Positions 1-11,519 are shown, counted from the first letter of the stretch. The stretch: DNA of 64,000 nt from Candidatus Nezhaarchaeales archaeon (GCA_038887515.1 JAWAKK010000002.1:32001-96000); one strand, 5' to 3'. Notes: generated by a model not told the origin, from the sequence alone. Translations and numbers: made by a program.

Positions 1-684
1 AGCTCTACAAGAGACCTCTACCTCTATGTACAGCTCGCCATCCCTCTTAGGGCGAGACTTGACGTAGACCGACCTGAACTTCTTCATAACCTCGTCTATT
101 AGGGGTGCGAGAGAAGACTCCTCGATCCCGCTAACCTTAATGGTTTTAAAGATGAAAGCAGTTCTCGAAAGCCTAGAGACTATAGGTTCTACATGTAGCT
201 CGAACATGGCTTTCATCTCCGATGGGACCCCGGGCAGTGCTATGATGGTAGTAGCTCCAACCTCTATCAGACATCCTGGGGCTGTACCTACAGGGTTAGA
301 GAGGGGCTTACCGCCTTCCGGTAGCCTAGCCATCTTTAGCCTAGGAGGCGTAACGTCTCCGCCGTACTTCTCTTCAATCATGCGAAGCGCTTCTTGGTTA
401 AGCTTAAGACGAAGGCCTAGGGCAATCGAGATGCTCTCAAGGGTCCTATCATCGAAGGTGGGGCCTAAGCCGCCGGTAGTGATTATAAGCTTTGGCTTCC
501 TATCTAGCGCTTCCCTTATCGCGGCGCTACATTCCTCAACTTCATCGCTTACGGTGGTAATCCTCTTAACTATGCCGCCAAGCCTAGTTATCCTATCAGC
601 GATCCAAGATGCGTTCGTGTTAACGACCCTACCCGTTAGAAGTTCGTTACCTATGGTTATGAGTTCTACCGTAAGGTCCTCCAT
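1..684 (-). CDS. CinA/molybdopterin-binding domain protein (3' end outside window)
   Basis: Manual translation from ATG 684: MEDLTVELITIGNELLTGRVVNTNASWIA...TTGGLGPTFDD...NPVGTAPG...LPGVPSEM; absent from the ORF track because it runs off the edge. Confidence 0.9.
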   Translation of the reverse strand, partial: MEDLTVELITIGNELLTGRVVNTNASWIADRITRLGGIVKRITTVSDEVEECSAAIREALDRKPKLIITTGGLGPTFDDRTLESISIALGLRLKLNQEALRMIEEKYGGDVTPPRLKMARLPEGGKPLSNPVGTAPGCLIEVGATTIIALPGVPSEMKAMFELHVEPIVSRLSRTAFIFKTIKVSGIEESSLAPLIDEVMKKFRSVYVKSRPKRDGELYIEVEVSCRA

Positions 685-850
685 ACTACCACCGTCGATT
701 CAAAAAGCAAGCTCTAGGAGACCATCTTCGACGATGGTTTAGCTCTATTATAAACCTTCCGCAAAACACCGTAATAGCTTCTGTAGCTTCTTGGCTTTAA
801 GTAAGTACTCGAGGTACATTGCTTTTACGGTTTGGCGAGCGAGCCATCCA

Positions 851-1885
851 CTATGTTGTTAGGAGCTTATTGACGTTCAAGTTAAGAACAACTTCTGCGA
901 TGTCGCTTGAGTACTCTCCAATCCTCCTTACGTCCTCCAAGATCATTTTTATACTTGGAGAAAGCATTCTTCCAAACCTCTCCGCGATAGCTTTTAGTGC
1001 TTCCTCTTCTATCAGCGCCATCTTCTTCGCCTCCGACACTACTTCCTCCGCTAGAGCGTAGTTCCTTTCGAAGAGGGACTTCATGGATTTTTCGAGCATA
1101 GATCTAGCGAAGGAACTCATGCCGGAAATCTTCTCAAGTACATAGTCTTCAAGCTTATCCTCAAGCAGTAGAGTGCTCTTAGCTATCCTTGCAGCGTGGT
1201 CAGCAGCTCGCTCTACGAATTTAACAATAACCCTGTAGCCCAAGCAGTCCTTCGGGTTTTCGAGCCCAATATCCCTTAAAACCCTACTGTTTTGAACCGT
1301 AGCCTTAAGTTGTCTAACTATGTAGAAGCCGAAGCGATCGACCTCATCGTCGAGCTCAATTATGTTCTTGGCTAAATCCTTATCCATGTTAATCAAGGCG
1401 TTCACAGCACCTTCAAGCATTGAGGACGCTACCAGGTACATACGCCTAAGGGCGGATGCCACCGATAGCTCGTGATAGCTAACCAAGACCTTCAACACCA
1501 TCTCTCGAGGGCTATCAGATATAATCTCTGTGCCCACGAGCCTCCTCTTCACGAGTTCGCTTATAGTGCTCCTCTGCTGTTGTGTTATCTGACTACCCGA
1601 CGTAACTACGGTGATGGAGCTATAGCCATTAAGGTATAGAGCTATTATTGCGCGCACTACCTTGTCGGGAGCATCCTTGTCTGATACCTTAAGCACCGCT
1701 TCTTGAGACTTAATGGTTGGTTTAACTAGTTCCTTAGGAGTTATGATGAGAGAGTTTCCTTCCCGTAACACTACAACTTGGCTACCGGCCTCAAGGCCCA
1801 TCTCGGAGACCCATCTCTTCGGCAAGGAAACTATGTAAGTCGTCTTGCCAGTAAGCTGAATCCTCCTTACCTCCTCGCTCCTCAT
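851..1885 (-). CDS. phoU: Phosphate uptake regulator PhoU with N-terminal AbrB domain
   Basis: RRIQLTGKTTYIVSLPKRW AbrB motif; DDEVDR and ERAADHA PhoU repeats; divergent from pst operon. Confidence 0.93.
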   Translation of the reverse strand: MRSEEVRRIQLTGKTTYIVSLPKRWVSEMGLEAGSQVVVLREGNSLIITPKELVKPTIKSQEAVLKVSDKDAPDKVVRAIIALYLNGYSSITVVTSGSQITQQQRSTISELVKRRLVGTEIISDSPREMVLKVLVSYHELSVASALRRMYLVASSMLEGAVNALINMDKDLAKNIIELDDEVDRFGFYIVRQLKATVQNSRVLRDIGLENPKDCLGYRVIVKFVERAADHAARIAKSTLLLEDKLEDYVLEKISGMSSFARSMLEKSMKSLFERNYALAEEVVSEAKKMALIEEEALKAIAERFGRMLSPSIKMILEDVRRIGEYSSDIAEVVLNLNVNKLLTT

Positions 1886-1899
1886 ACACCTCGACCAAT

Positions 1900-1949
1900 C
1901 TATATAGCTAACTTTTCAACTATATAGTTTATCAAGACAAGCTATATAT
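1900..1949. promoter_or_regulatory. Three CTATATA(G/T) boxes in the phoU/pstS divergent promoter; candidate operator
   Basis: CTATATAG 1900-1907, AACTATATAGTT 1918-1929, CTATATAT 1942-1949; spacing 20 and 22 bp. Confidence 0.55.
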
Positions 1950-1981
1950 TTGTTACTTTGAAACCCTTATTTTAGAGATTT

Positions 1982-3175
1982 ATGAAGGCGGTCGTTAGAA
2001 CGACATTGATAGTAGTTTGCGTAATTGCAATTGCTATTGGAGGTGCGGTAGCTTATCAGCTGTTTCAAACACCACAAGCTGGTAGTGAGGGAGGCGCTCA
2101 AGGTGGACAAGTACAAGAAGGAGGAAGGGAAGGACAGCAAGGAGGCGGGGAAACAGTTCAAGAAAAACTTGTATCACTTGAAGGGGCTGGCGCTACATTT
2201 CCGTTTCCGCTAATAGATAAGTGGATCACGGAGTACAACAAGGTCAAGCCCAACGTCCTCATAAACTACAAGCCTATTGGTAGTGGTGGTGGAATTAGGG
2301 CTCACATGGAGAAGACGGCGCACTTCGCAGTAAGCGATGTCCCACTTAGCCCCAGTCAATACAGGAACGCTAGCGGCAGCCTCCACATACCGTTAACGAT
2401 AGGGGGCGTAGTGCCTATCTACAACATTCCAGGTATAACTAAGATGCTCAACTTCACCGGAGCAGTCTTAGCGAAGATCTATCTCGGCGAAATAACGAAG
2501 TGGAACAATCCTGAACTCGTTGCCCTAAATCCCGGGGTCAGTCTACCAGATAAGGACATAATAGTCGTCCGAAGAGCGGACGCTAGCGGGACCACGTTCA
2601 TCTGGACGAGCTACCTTTCAGCTGTATCTCAAAGTTGGAGGGAAAAGGTTGGCGCAGGAACCTCGGTAAACTGGCCTACGGGGCTTGGTGCCAAGGGGAA
2701 CGATGGAGTGGCCGCTACGGTCAAACAAACGCCCTACTCTATAGGATACGTAGAGTTCACGTACGCTAAGACCAATGACCTCACGTACGGTCGTGTACGA
2801 AATGCAGCTGGAGAATTCGTTGAGCCTAGCATAGAGTCGTTCATGAAGGCAGCCGCCATAACTTTGCCTAGAGGTGATGAGAGCTGGTCGGGCGTTTCAA
2901 TAGTCAGCAGTATTGTGAACAATAGGGAGGCTAGAGGTGTATATCCAATAACGAGCTTCTCCTACTTCATAGTGTACAGGGAGCTTAGCGTCTTCCAAGA
3001 CATGGATTTAGACAAGGCTAAGGCATTGGTATACTTCCTGTGGTGGTGCATGCATGAAGGGCAGCGCTATGCCGCTGAATTGTACTACGTCCCGCTACCC
3101 TCCAACGTAATAAAAATCAACGAAGAAACCATCAGGATGATTACATTCAATGGAGTGCAGGTCTACGGTGGCTGA
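1982..3175 (+). CDS. pstS: Phosphate ABC transporter substrate-binding protein
   Basis: GAGATFPFPL, GSGGG, RRADASGTT motifs; N-terminal anchor and G/Q/E linker. Confidence 0.96.
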   Translation: MKAVVRTTLIVVCVIAIAIGGAVAYQLFQTPQAGSEGGAQGGQVQEGGREGQQGGGETVQEKLVSLEGAGATFPFPLIDKWITEYNKVKPNVLINYKPIGSGGGIRAHMEKTAHFAVSDVPLSPSQYRNASGSLHIPLTIGGVVPIYNIPGITKMLNFTGAVLAKIYLGEITKWNNPELVALNPGVSLPDKDIIVVRRADASGTTFIWTSYLSAVSQSWREKVGAGTSVNWPTGLGAKGNDGVAATVKQTPYSIGYVEFTYAKTNDLTYGRVRNAAGEFVEPSIESFMKAAAITLPRGDESWSGVSIVSSIVNNREARGVYPITSFSYFIVYRELSVFQDMDLDKAKALVYFLWWCMHEGQRYAAELYYVPLPSNVIKINEETIRMITFNGVQVYGG

Positions 3176-4175
3176 TAGAGTGCGCGCGAAAATTAGCCTT
3201 AAAACTCCCAATTTTATTTACGGTTTGAGATCTTGGATTCCTCAATTTAAATATATATTTAAAGGCGATAGAATCTTTAAGGCGCTTTGCGTTGCCGTTG
3301 CTTCAAGTGTAATCCTTATTCTAGGATTGATGGTTTACGAGTTAACCTTACGTTCTAAATTATCGATAGAGACCTTCGGCTTAGGTTTTATGGTGGGTAC
3401 CACATGGGACCCGGTCAAGGAAGTTTTTGGAGCCTTGCCGCTCATACTCGGCACGCTGGCTACGTCCGCGATCGCGCTACTCATAGGTCTGCCCATAAGC
3501 TTGGGCATTGCCTTAGCTATTTCGGAGTACATGCCCAAGAGGTTGGGTAAATCATTCACGTTCCTGGTAGAACTCCTGGCCGCAGTACCAAGCGTGGTCT
3601 ACGGGCTTTGGGGGATGTACGTCCTCATCCCATTTCTACGTGACAACGTATACCCGTTTCTGCAAGTTGCGCTGGGCTTCATCCCATTATTCTCCGGTCC
3701 AATATACGGTGGAGGCGTTTTAACTGGGGGCATCGTGCTAGCAATCATGATAGTGCCGATAATCTCCTCTGTTACGAGAGACTTGTTTTCGTCGGTTCCG
3801 CAATCCATGAGGGAGGCAGTCCTAGCGTTAGGAGCTACAAAGTGGGAGACCGCGAAGACTGTAATGAGCTACGCGCGCTCCGGCATCCTAGGCGCGGCGC
3901 TTCTCGGTTTAGGGAGAGCTATGGGCGAAGCTATGGCCATCTCGATGGTCATAGGTAACCAGTTCAAGTTACTCCCCTCATCCCTCTTCGACGCTTGGTA
4001 CACCATGTCGGCAATGATAGTGAACGAACTCTTAGAGGCAGTTCACGAGCTCCACGTTAGCGCCCTAATAAACGTTGGGCTACTACTCCTAGTCATAAAC
4101 CTAGTGGTCGTAATTCTGGCGAGGCTCATCGTCTGGCGATCCCTAAGGATGGTTAAGGGGGTCATGAGGGAGTGA
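3150..4175 (+). CDS. pstC: Phosphate ABC permease PstC (start may be GTG 3168)
   Basis: ELLAAVPSVVYGLWG, REAVLALGATKWE, GRAMGEAMA. Confidence 0.95.
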   Translation: MECRSTVADRVRAKISLKTPNFIYGLRSWIPQFKYIFKGDRIFKALCVAVASSVILILGLMVYELTLRSKLSIETFGLGFMVGTTWDPVKEVFGALPLILGTLATSAIALLIGLPISLGIALAISEYMPKRLGKSFTFLVELLAAVPSVVYGLWGMYVLIPFLRDNVYPFLQVALGFIPLFSGPIYGGGVLTGGIVLAIMIVPIISSVTRDLFSSVPQSMREAVLALGATKWETAKTVMSYARSGILGAALLGLGRAMGEAMAISMVIGNQFKLLPSSLFDAWYTMSAMIVNELLEAVHELHVSALINVGLLLLVINLVVVILARLIVWRSLRMVKGVMRE

Positions 4176-5008
4176 AGGTTACCTCCAACTATACTTTGAG
4201 GAAGGTTAAGGACAAGATCGTGCACTTAATGGTTTACTTAGCGCTCGCAGTAGCCCTAGTCCCGCTTTTCAGTATTATTTTCGAGGTAGCGAAGAGGGGG
4301 CTAGGAGCGATAAGCCTAGACTTCTTCTTTAAGCCCACGCCAGCCGTAGGGGAGGCAGTAGGCGGGATTGCGAACGCTATACAGGGCACCTTCATAACCA
4401 TCGGGTTGGCGTCTCTAATAGGAGTACCCATAGGAGTAATATCCGGAATCCTATTAAGCGAGTATGGTGAAAGCAGGTTATCGTCAATTATAAGGTTCTT
4501 CAACGAGGTGCTCAACGGGGTACCGTCAATAGTCATCGGTATATTCTGCTACGCTATCATAGTCCTAGCTATAGGCTTCTCGGTTACGGCGGCATCATTT
4601 GCCCTGGCAATAATAATGATACCGATCGTTACTAGGACGACGGAGGAGGCACTCAAGATAATCCCAGCAACAATAAGGGAGGCAGCCCTAGCTCTCGGGA
4701 TTCCGAGGTGGAAGACCACTATGTACGTGGTCCTGAGGGGAGCAAAGAAGGCCATAATTACGGGGGTACTACTGGCGATCGCGAGGATATCCGGAGAATC
4801 AGCGCCAATACTTGTTACCATGGGGTTCTGGAAGTGGTGGTTCATGGGGCTCGACAAGTCGGTAGCTAACTTAACGTTAAACATATTCCTATTCGCCAAG
4901 TCGCCTTTCGAGAACTGGATAGTCCTAGCTTGGGGCTCGGCCTTGATACTCATCTTCATAGTTCTCGGGATAAATGTGATAGTTAGGGCATTGATGAAGG
5001 GGGTGTAG
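4172..5008 (+). CDS. pstA: Phosphate ABC permease PstA
   Basis: [25 protein letters not shown]. Confidence 0.95.
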   Translation: MKVTSNYTLRKVKDKIVHLMVYLALAVALVPLFSIIFEVAKRGLGAISLDFFFKPTPAVGEAVGGIANAIQGTFITIGLASLIGVPIGVISGILLSEYGESRLSSIIRFFNEVLNGVPSIVIGIFCYAIIVLAIGFSVTAASFALAIIMIPIVTRTTEEALKIIPATIREAALALGIPRWKTTMYVVLRGAKKAIITGVLLAIARISGESAPILVTMGFWKWWFMGLDKSVANLTLNIFLFAKSPFENWIVLAWGSALILIFIVLGINVIVRALMKGV

Positions 5009-5012
5009 GCAC

Positions 5013-5798
5013 GTGACGATATATAGGGTTGAAGCTATAATGAAATGTAAAATAGAGATAGAGGACTTGAACGCTTGGTACGGCTCTAAGCAGGTCCTTA
5101 AGGACATCAACATGAGGGTGGCAGAGAGGGCGGTTACGGCTGTAATGGGTCCCTCTGGGTGCGGCAAGACAACGCTAATACGCTGCATAAACAGGATGCA
5201 CGAGCTTGTCCCGGGAGCTCGCGTTACTGGAAAGGTGTTCTTCAACGGAGTAAACATATACGATAGTAAGGTCGACCCGGTCCAAGTGAGGAGGAGGATC
5301 GGTATGGTCTTCCAGAAGCCGAACCCTCTACCCATGTTCTCGATATACGATAACGTCGCCATAAGTCCAAGGCTCAACGGTGTTAGGAGTAGAGAAGTTC
5401 TAGACTCCATTGTTGAGCGTAGCTTAAAGCTCGCGGGGCTATGGGACGAGGTAAAGGACGACCTAGACAAGCCAGCTACAAGCCTATCGGGAGGACAGCA
5501 ACAGAGACTCTGCATAGCTAGGGCGCTTGCAGTTGAGCCCGAAGTCATATTAATGGACGAGCCTACGTCGTCTCTAGACCCTATCTCCGCCGCCAAGATA
5601 GAGCATCTCATTAGGAAGCTAGCTGAGCACTACACGATAATCATTGTAACCCACAACCTACAGCAAGCCGCAAGGATATCCGACTATGTAGCCTTCCTCT
5701 ACTTAGGAGAGCTAGTCGAGTACGGACCCACAAGGAAGGTCTTCGAAGACCCCGAGAGCGAGCTAACGTCTAGGTACATATCCGGAGTGTTCGGCTAA
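5013..5798 (+). CDS. pstB: Phosphate ABC ATPase (start may be ATG 5040)
   Basis: [40 protein letters not shown]. Confidence 0.96.
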   Translation: MTIYRVEAIMKCKIEIEDLNAWYGSKQVLKDINMRVAERAVTAVMGPSGCGKTTLIRCINRMHELVPGARVTGKVFFNGVNIYDSKVDPVQVRRRIGMVFQKPNPLPMFSIYDNVAISPRLNGVRSREVLDSIVERSLKLAGLWDEVKDDLDKPATSLSGGQQQRLCIARALAVEPEVILMDEPTSSLDPISAAKIEHLIRKLAEHYTIIIVTHNLQQAARISDYVAFLYLGELVEYGPTRKVFEDPESELTSRYISGVFG

Positions 5799-5907
5799 GC
5801 GTGAGACCTAGTAGACTGGTAGAGCGGTGCAGTTGAAGACAGACTCTGCCAAACGTGCTTAAAGAGAAGGGAAGAGCTAGAAAGCACAAGCAAATATTAG
5901 GTGAAGT

Positions 5908-8112
5908 TTAGAGTGGCATAAAGTCTTCCGGCTTCGGAATCGTCTTCGGTAGACCTTTCCTCTCCCTTATCTTTAGTATCAAGTCCGTTAGCATTGACTC
6001 GGGAACGGGCTGCCAACCCTTAAACTCAGTAGCCCAGAAGGCGCGGCCAGCAGTTGCACTCCTAATCTCATTGGCGAGGTCGAAGGTCTCGGAGACAGGT
6101 ATCTCGCCCTTAAGAATCATGAGTGTCTCCTGGGCCTCTAAGCTACTTACCTTACCGCGGTGGGTCATAAGCACTCTAGTCAATCCGGAAATGTAGTCCG
6201 CGGGGCACTTAGCTTCTATCTTTAAGATGGGTTCGAGGAGCGTTGGCCTAGCCGAAAGGAAGGCTGCAAATATCGCGTCTCGTAGAGCCGGCATTATCTG
6301 GGCCGGGCCTCGGTGAGCCGGGTCCTCGTGTACGAGGGCGTCTACTAGCTTAACCTTCACTCCACGGCATGGCTCGTGGCATAGAGGCCCTTCAGCTAGA
6401 GCCCACCTGAAGCCCGATATTAATGTGTCCTTGATGTCTCTAAGGTACTGGATACCCTTAGTAACGTCGACGAATATGTTTAAGAAGTCGTCGATAGCCC
6501 ATATACCCCTAGCCTCGTCGGTATCCCAGCCAGCCTCCTCTCTAAGTATCTTAGCGCGCTCTCTCCAGTCCTGGTCGTCGTAGACTCTTCCAGTCTCCAA
6601 CAGCTTAAGGGTCTCCTCGTTGAGGGGTTCTACGACCACGTAGACCCTGTTGTGCTTGTTAGGCGACTTACCTTCAAACGGCCCGACACTCTTCCTAACG
6701 CTCTCGCGGTAGACTACTATTGGGGGAGTAGTGACTACGTCTATCCCGGTCCTCTGCTTCAAGTCCCATAAAGCTATCTCTAAGTGGAGCTGACCCATAC
6801 CTGCGAGGAGGTATTCTCCAGTCTCCTGGTTGATCTTTACGTGGAGTGTTGGATCCTCAATCGCCATCTTCCTTAAGGCATCGACTAGCTTAGGTAAGTC
6901 GCTACTCTTCTTGGGTTCTATAGCTATTGTGACCACGGGCTCGCTAATGTAGCGGAGCCTCTCGAAGGGTATCATGCTGCCCTTGAGTGAGGGGTCTACG
7001 ACCGTCTCACCTGCTCTTGCATGCTCTAAGCCCAGCATAGCAGCAATGTTCCCGGCAGTAATCTTCTGACAGACCTCGCGGTACGGACCCATGTAGAGGC
7101 CGACTTGAGTAATCTTCTCTGAGACCCTACCCATCATTAGGTAGACCTCGCGGCCCTCTTCAACGGTACCGCTAAACACCCTACCTGTGGCGACGAGGCC
7201 TGCGTGAGGGTCAGCTACCACCTTGTTTATGCATACTACGAGCGGCCCCTGATCGTCGCAGTTTATCATGGCCTTGCCTACGGGGCTATCTAAATCGCCC
7301 TTCCAGATCCTAGGGATACGGTACTTCTGAGCCTCCATAGGGTTGGGGACGTGCTCGACAACCATATCAAGGATGGCAGCGTAAAGCGGGAAGTCCTCGA
7401 CCAGCTTATCGTAGTAGCCCTTCTCATAGGCGTCAACTATGTAGCTGAACCTAATACCCTTCTGTTGGGCAATCGGAATAGTTAAGCCCCACTTGTGGAG
7501 AGCTGCGCCGAAAGCCACCTGGCCCTTGGCGGGGTCGACCTTCCACTTATCCCTAAACTCTGGCTCAGCGTGTAAGTCTATTAGGGCGTTGAAGTCCTTA
7601 ATGATATTAACGAACCTCTGCTGAACCTCACTAGCGCTAAGCTTAAGCTCCTTAATCAACCGGTCAACCTTATTAATGTAGAGGAGAGGACGAACGCGCT
7701 CCTCCATAGCCTGCCTAACAACAGTCTCGGTCTGAGTCATAACACCCTCAACAGCGTCAACAACAACAATGGCACCATCCATAACACGAAGACTACGAGT
7801 AACATGACCAGTAAAATCAACGTGACCAGGGGTATCAACTAGATTGATAACGTAAGGCTTACCCTCCCACTCATGGTACAAAGAGACGTTAGCAGCCTTA
7901 ACAGTCATCTGGCGAAGCTGCTCAATCTCAACGTAGTCCAAAGCCAAGGCTTTGCCGGCGACCTTCGGGGAGATCATGCCGGCAGCCATGAGCAAGCTGT
8001 CACTAAGAGTAGTCTTACCATGATCCACATGCGCGAGTGTCCCTATGTTCCTAATCCGTTCTCGATCTCTCATTAACTTCAGGACTTCCTCAGTCTGCTT
8101 GAACTTCACCAC
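5908..8112 (-). CDS. fusA: Translation elongation factor aEF-2
   Basis: [24 protein letters not shown], diphthamide loop [11 protein letters not shown]. Confidence 0.98.
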   Translation of the reverse strand: MVKFKQTEEVLKLMRDRERIRNIGTLAHVDHGKTTLSDSLLMAAGMISPKVAGKALALDYVEIEQLRQMTVKAANVSLYHEWEGKPYVINLVDTPGHVDFTGHVTRSLRVMDGAIVVVDAVEGVMTQTETVVRQAMEERVRPLLYINKVDRLIKELKLSASEVQQRFVNIIKDFNALIDLHAEPEFRDKWKVDPAKGQVAFGAALHKWGLTIPIAQQKGIRFSYIVDAYEKGYYDKLVEDFPLYAAILDMVVEHVPNPMEAQKYRIPRIWKGDLDSPVGKAMINCDDQGPLVVCINKVVADPHAGLVATGRVFSGTVEEGREVYLMMGRVSEKITQVGLYMGPYREVCQKITAGNIAAMLGLEHARAGETVVDPSLKGSMIPFERLRYISEPVVTIAIEPKKSSDLPKLVDALRKMAIEDPTLHVKINQETGEYLLAGMGQLHLEIALWDLKQRTGIDVVTTPPIVVYRESVRKSVGPFEGKSPNKHNRVYVVVEPLNEETLKLLETGRVYDDQDWRERAKILREEAGWDTDEARGIWAIDDFLNIFVDVTKGIQYLRDIKDTLISGFRWALAEGPLCHEPCRGVKVKLVDALVHEDPAHRGPAQIMPALRDAIFAAFLSARPTLLEPILKIEAKCPADYISGLTRVLMTHRGKVSSLEAQETLMILKGEIPVSETFDLANEIRSATAGRAFWATEFKGWQPVPESMLTDLILKIRERKGLPKTIPKPEDFMPL

Positions 8113-8324
8113 GACTCTTGCACCTCAATATGCGTCTTCACTCTAGCGTCTAGGGGCTAAAAAACTTTTACAATGCAAGCAGCTAGGTCCTTGTCGGGGT
8201 TTGGTCGGAGATTTTAAGGGGCTTTGGACGTCATTTTTGCTTTCATAGGCTTTCAGGACCTCGTTGCATAGCTTTGTTAATTCAAGTTCAATACCGTTTA
8301 ATATCCTCTTGATAGTCTTACTCG

Positions 8325-8655
8325 CTAGTATGGTGTTGTTATCACGTATTTCCTTCCTCGAGTTACTATCACGTCGTTGTTCTCTAGTGCTTTGAGTATC
8401 TGTTTTGCCTGATCTATTGTTATTGATGCTTTCTTGGCTAGTAACTTTGTGACTGTTGTCTTGGGGACCTCCTTGCCCTTCTCGTAGAATATGTTCCAAA
8501 GCTTTCTAGCTATCACCTCGGCATCTATGCTTGGTGGAAGCCCCCCTCTCGATTGCTATTCTGAGTTCAACCTCTAGGTCTGATCTCGTCGGCAAGCCTC
8601 GCTCCTCGTACTAAGCCATTTCTTCTTCAAGTTGTCTTTCCTCCTCGGATAGCAA
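8325..8655 (-). pseudogene. Disrupted ~105-aa protein with C-terminal winged-helix-like segment
   Basis: TTG 8655 LSEEERQLEEEMA, in-frame TAG 8611-8613, frameshift at the C6 run 8541-8546, then LPPSIDAEVIARKLW...AKQILKALENNDVIVTRGRKY. Confidence 0.5.
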
Positions 8656-8705
8656 TCTCGTTTCCCTGAAGCTTTATGAGAAGATCCCTAAAGGGAGTAG
8701 GATAA

Positions 8706-9820
8706 TTGGTCTCTCCAAAGTCACCATTGGTAGAGAATCATGAGTACATGGAGGCAGACCAAATGGAGATATACCCATTCATAAACTTACTTTGTGAAAT
8801 CGTCGATCGAAACACCATAGCTATCGAGGTCCCTTACTTAGATTTAAAGCTTTTAACGCTGAGGTTCGAGTATCTGAATCCCAAGGTGAGTACGTAGTTG
8901 ACGAGAGGACCTTTAGCGAAAACTTGAAGAACAAGGGTCTATTGAGTACTGAGGCTCTCCTACCATTCGGTAATGAGAGAAAGCACATATTTATGTTGTT
9001 TAAGGACGCTCTAATAACTTCCGGAGTCATGGACATTGGGCATAGAGCCTTAATCGATGAAATCAAGAGAGAGGTAGAAGAAAGCGCATTAAGGAAGGGA
9101 TTTGCGACTGTTGCCATAGACACGAACGCTTTGTACATGAGGATCATAACTAATTACGTGTTAAGCTTCGTGGAGGCTAGCAAGCTTAAAGTATTGGTCT
9201 CGAACATCGTCGTGAGGGAAGCTTTAGCTCCCCACATTTTAAAAGAGGTATTTAAGGAGAAAGAGTGGGTCGAAGAGAGCGATAAGATCAGGTCTTTAGC
9301 ATTAAAGGTTGGGGCCGATATCCTGCGATTACCAGCTAAAGCAGAACCTCTAAGGTCAAGGCTATCAAGGCTCGCTGCAATTGAGTTAAAAGAACTCCAA
9401 GAAAGGACCAACTTAATAATTGCTAGCTCTGTAAGCGATAGAGGAGACCTAGCTTTAATTGAAGGTTATAAGCAAAGCCCCGATGACCCCATATTCATAA
9501 CCGGTGACAAGTCCGCTGCTAATATAGCCAAAACCGTGAAGTTAAGGACTTACTTAATACCTTATGACAAAGATATAAGCAAAGAGGTCCCTATAGTCAC
9601 TTACACGAACTTTCCAAAGCTCATATTCAACTCAGCAACACTATTAACTACAATCTCGATAAGAGTGCCGAAGACGCGAATAGAGATCCACATATTAGGA
9701 GCGTGGAAGGATATGATAGCCTTATGGAGTAAACCAACAATCTTAGTAAGGGCACCTAATCCAATACATGAAAAAGCAAAACAATTAATTGAGAAAACAA
9801 GACGCCTTCAATCACTGTAA
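8706..9820 (+). pseudogene. Large PIN-domain protein split by one frameshift (ORFs 8706-8897 and 8924-9820)
   Basis: VAIDTNAL, VVRE, DRGDLALI, FITGDK PIN acidic motifs; the two frames are both open over 8798-8897. Confidence 0.65.
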
Positions 9821-9884
9821 GGCCTCTCTAGGTAGGCTAGACAGCTAGGCGCTACAGCCGGAGCATAAGCTACGAAAGGGGCAT

Positions 9885-10235
9885 GTGCTGCAGTCCTTAC
9901 TGCAAAGAAGCCTACTCAAAGCTCACCAAACACTATTCGAGGCGAAGCAGATAAGAGGGGCAAATAGCTTGAGGTCGTCCTCCCGCCATCAAAGCTGTTC
10001 GTATGAGTATGTTGGAAGTGTAGTGGAGGAGCGAGTTACTTGTGGAAGTGATGTGAACGTACTGATAGTCGCTGAGAGCTTGCCCAAGGGCTTCAGGGTA
10101 AGGGGGCTGATAGCCAAGATAGAGGAGGCAGCTAACTTGCCACTGTACCACACATTTCAAATGCACTTAGCTACGTGGGAGGAAGTTAAAGCAAATTCAG
10201 CGTATAGAGAGGTTATTAGCAAGGGGATCCAATAA
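9885..10235 (+). pseudogene. Degenerate minimal nucleotidyltransferase (MNT) remnant
   Basis: YVGSVV...GSDVNVLIV (DxD changed to DxN), LPLYHTFQMHL; N-terminus does not look homologous. Confidence 0.6.
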
Positions 10236-10346
10236 GGTTACGAGCTTAAGCTTAGAGGAGTAACTTCTCGGATGATGGTGTTCATGCCACTAGTGTAGAC
10301 AACCCTGAGATGATACGTGATGCCCCTCCTTGAGTACTGTTAAGCC

Positions 10347-11519
10347 TTACCCAGCAAATGAGGCTAGTAAGCGACCGGCTTCCCTCTCGCAGCTCGCAGC
10401 TTCACGTAGCTTCTCCGCAACCTTACCTCTTATCTCAACGGTGTATCCAATCTTGAGTGCCTCGATAACCTCTTCGTAGATGCTGGCTGCCTTCTCAAGC
10501 ATGCTTGCAGCCTCTAATACCTTAGGTTCTCCTAGAAACGCTAACTTAAGGAAGGCTGCGTTATCTCTTCTGGATGCTATTGCCATATGGAGCCCTACGT
10601 TAGCCATCTCCAAGCTTATTTTGCCGTCTTCGATGGCTTTCGCTAGTGCCTCGAAAGCTTGTGCGCCCACAAATACAGCGAAGGTGGCTCCTCCGAATCT
10701 CATCCCAACTTGGAGCTCTGCGCAGTCTCTAAGCGCCTCCCTAAGATCCCTTCCTATCTCGCCTTTAGGCTCATAGTATATGAGGGCGTAGCTCCAAGCT
10801 ACTGGGTAGCCCATGCCTCCAATCATCTCCATGACGGCTCTCGCTAGGACCTCAGCATCTATGGGAACGCCTCTCTCCCCGTATCTAACGCCCTCTACAT
10901 CCATAACGGGCTCATAGACGTACACTTCATCGCCGCTATATCCAACAGCTAGCACGAAGTGTGGAGAGAAGAGGCCGCCACCGTAGAGCCTTGAGGCGTT
11001 TACTGGTAGGATTACCGGTAGATCTCTATGTATCAGGTAGCGGACCGCCTTGAGGAAGAGGTCTTTATCCGCCGTCACGAGCATCCTGTACTTGAAGCCG
11101 AGGTACTCTGAGGCTCTTGCAAGCCCGGTTATGGGGTCTGAGCCAGGTATGAAGAAGAGCATCCCGCCCATCCTGCCGAAGTAGGCGCCGTACGTGAAGC
11201 ACGTTATGAAGTTGAAGTAGCCTATGGACTCTGTAACGCCGTACTTGTACGCTATCATCTGGAGGCATGTGGAGGCGCAGTAAGATCTCCTATAGCTGAT
11301 CCACGGAACATCCTTAATGAAGTGCTCAGGGGGATGCTCACCGACCTCAGCTGGGCTTATTGGCTCAGGCCTATAGCTCTCCATGATGTATTTGTGCCAG
11401 TAGCTTACCGCAAGGCTCGTTCCATCAAGCTCAGGTTGAGGTAGGTTTAGCACGTAGATTGCTGAAGCAAGTAGGGCTAGAGCAACTAATATTGAAGCTA
11501 GAGCCTGCTCCCTTCTCAT
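10347..11519 (-). CDS. Membrane-anchored C39-like/BtrH-like papain-fold protein
   Basis: N-terminal TM; VPWISYRRSYCASTCLQM (Cys), PHFVLAVGY (His), YVYEP. Confidence 0.75.
   Translation of the reverse strand: MRREQALASILVALALLASAIYVLNLPQPELDGTSLAVSYWHKYIMESYRPEPISPAEVGEHPPEHFIKDVPWISYRRSYCASTCLQMIAYKYGVTESIGYFNFITCFTYGAYFGRMGGMLFFIPGSDPITGLARASEYLGFKYRMLVTADKDLFLKAVRYLIHRDLPVILPVNASRLYGGGLFSPHFVLAVGYSGDEVYVYEPVMDVEGVRYGERGVPIDAEVLARAVMEMIGGMGYPVAWSYALIYYEPKGEIGRDLREALRDCAELQVGMRFGGATFAVFVGAQAFEALAKAIEDGKISLEMANVGLHMAIASRRDNAAFLKLAFLGEPKVLEAASMLEKAASIYEEVIEALKIGYTVEIRGKVAEKLREAASCEREAGRLLASFAG

Noticed and set aside
140-742. 200-aa plus-strand ORF, and the many similar antisense ORFs across the track
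   Set aside because: Shadow of real opposite-strand genes (here the cinA-like CDS); no motifs
5810-5850. GTAGACTGGTAGAGCG resembling a tRNA D-arm, plus GGTAGAG/CTCTGCC hairpin
   Set aside because: No T-arm or acceptor stem and no ACA box; cannot fold as tRNA or H/ACA RNA
5908-8112. EF-2 outside the str operon as a possible divergent paralog
   Set aside because: Canonical diphthamide HRG motif is intact, and detached fusA is common in crenarchaeal-type genomes
8143-8499. 118-aa minus-strand ORF
   Set aside because: Low-complexity off-frame reading of the wHTH pseudogene running into the fusA promoter
10270-10335. GGATGATGGTGTTCATGCC...TGATGCC resembling a fluoride riboswitch or C/D RNA
   Set aside because: Imperfect stems and boxes, wrong spacing, and no downstream gene on that strand
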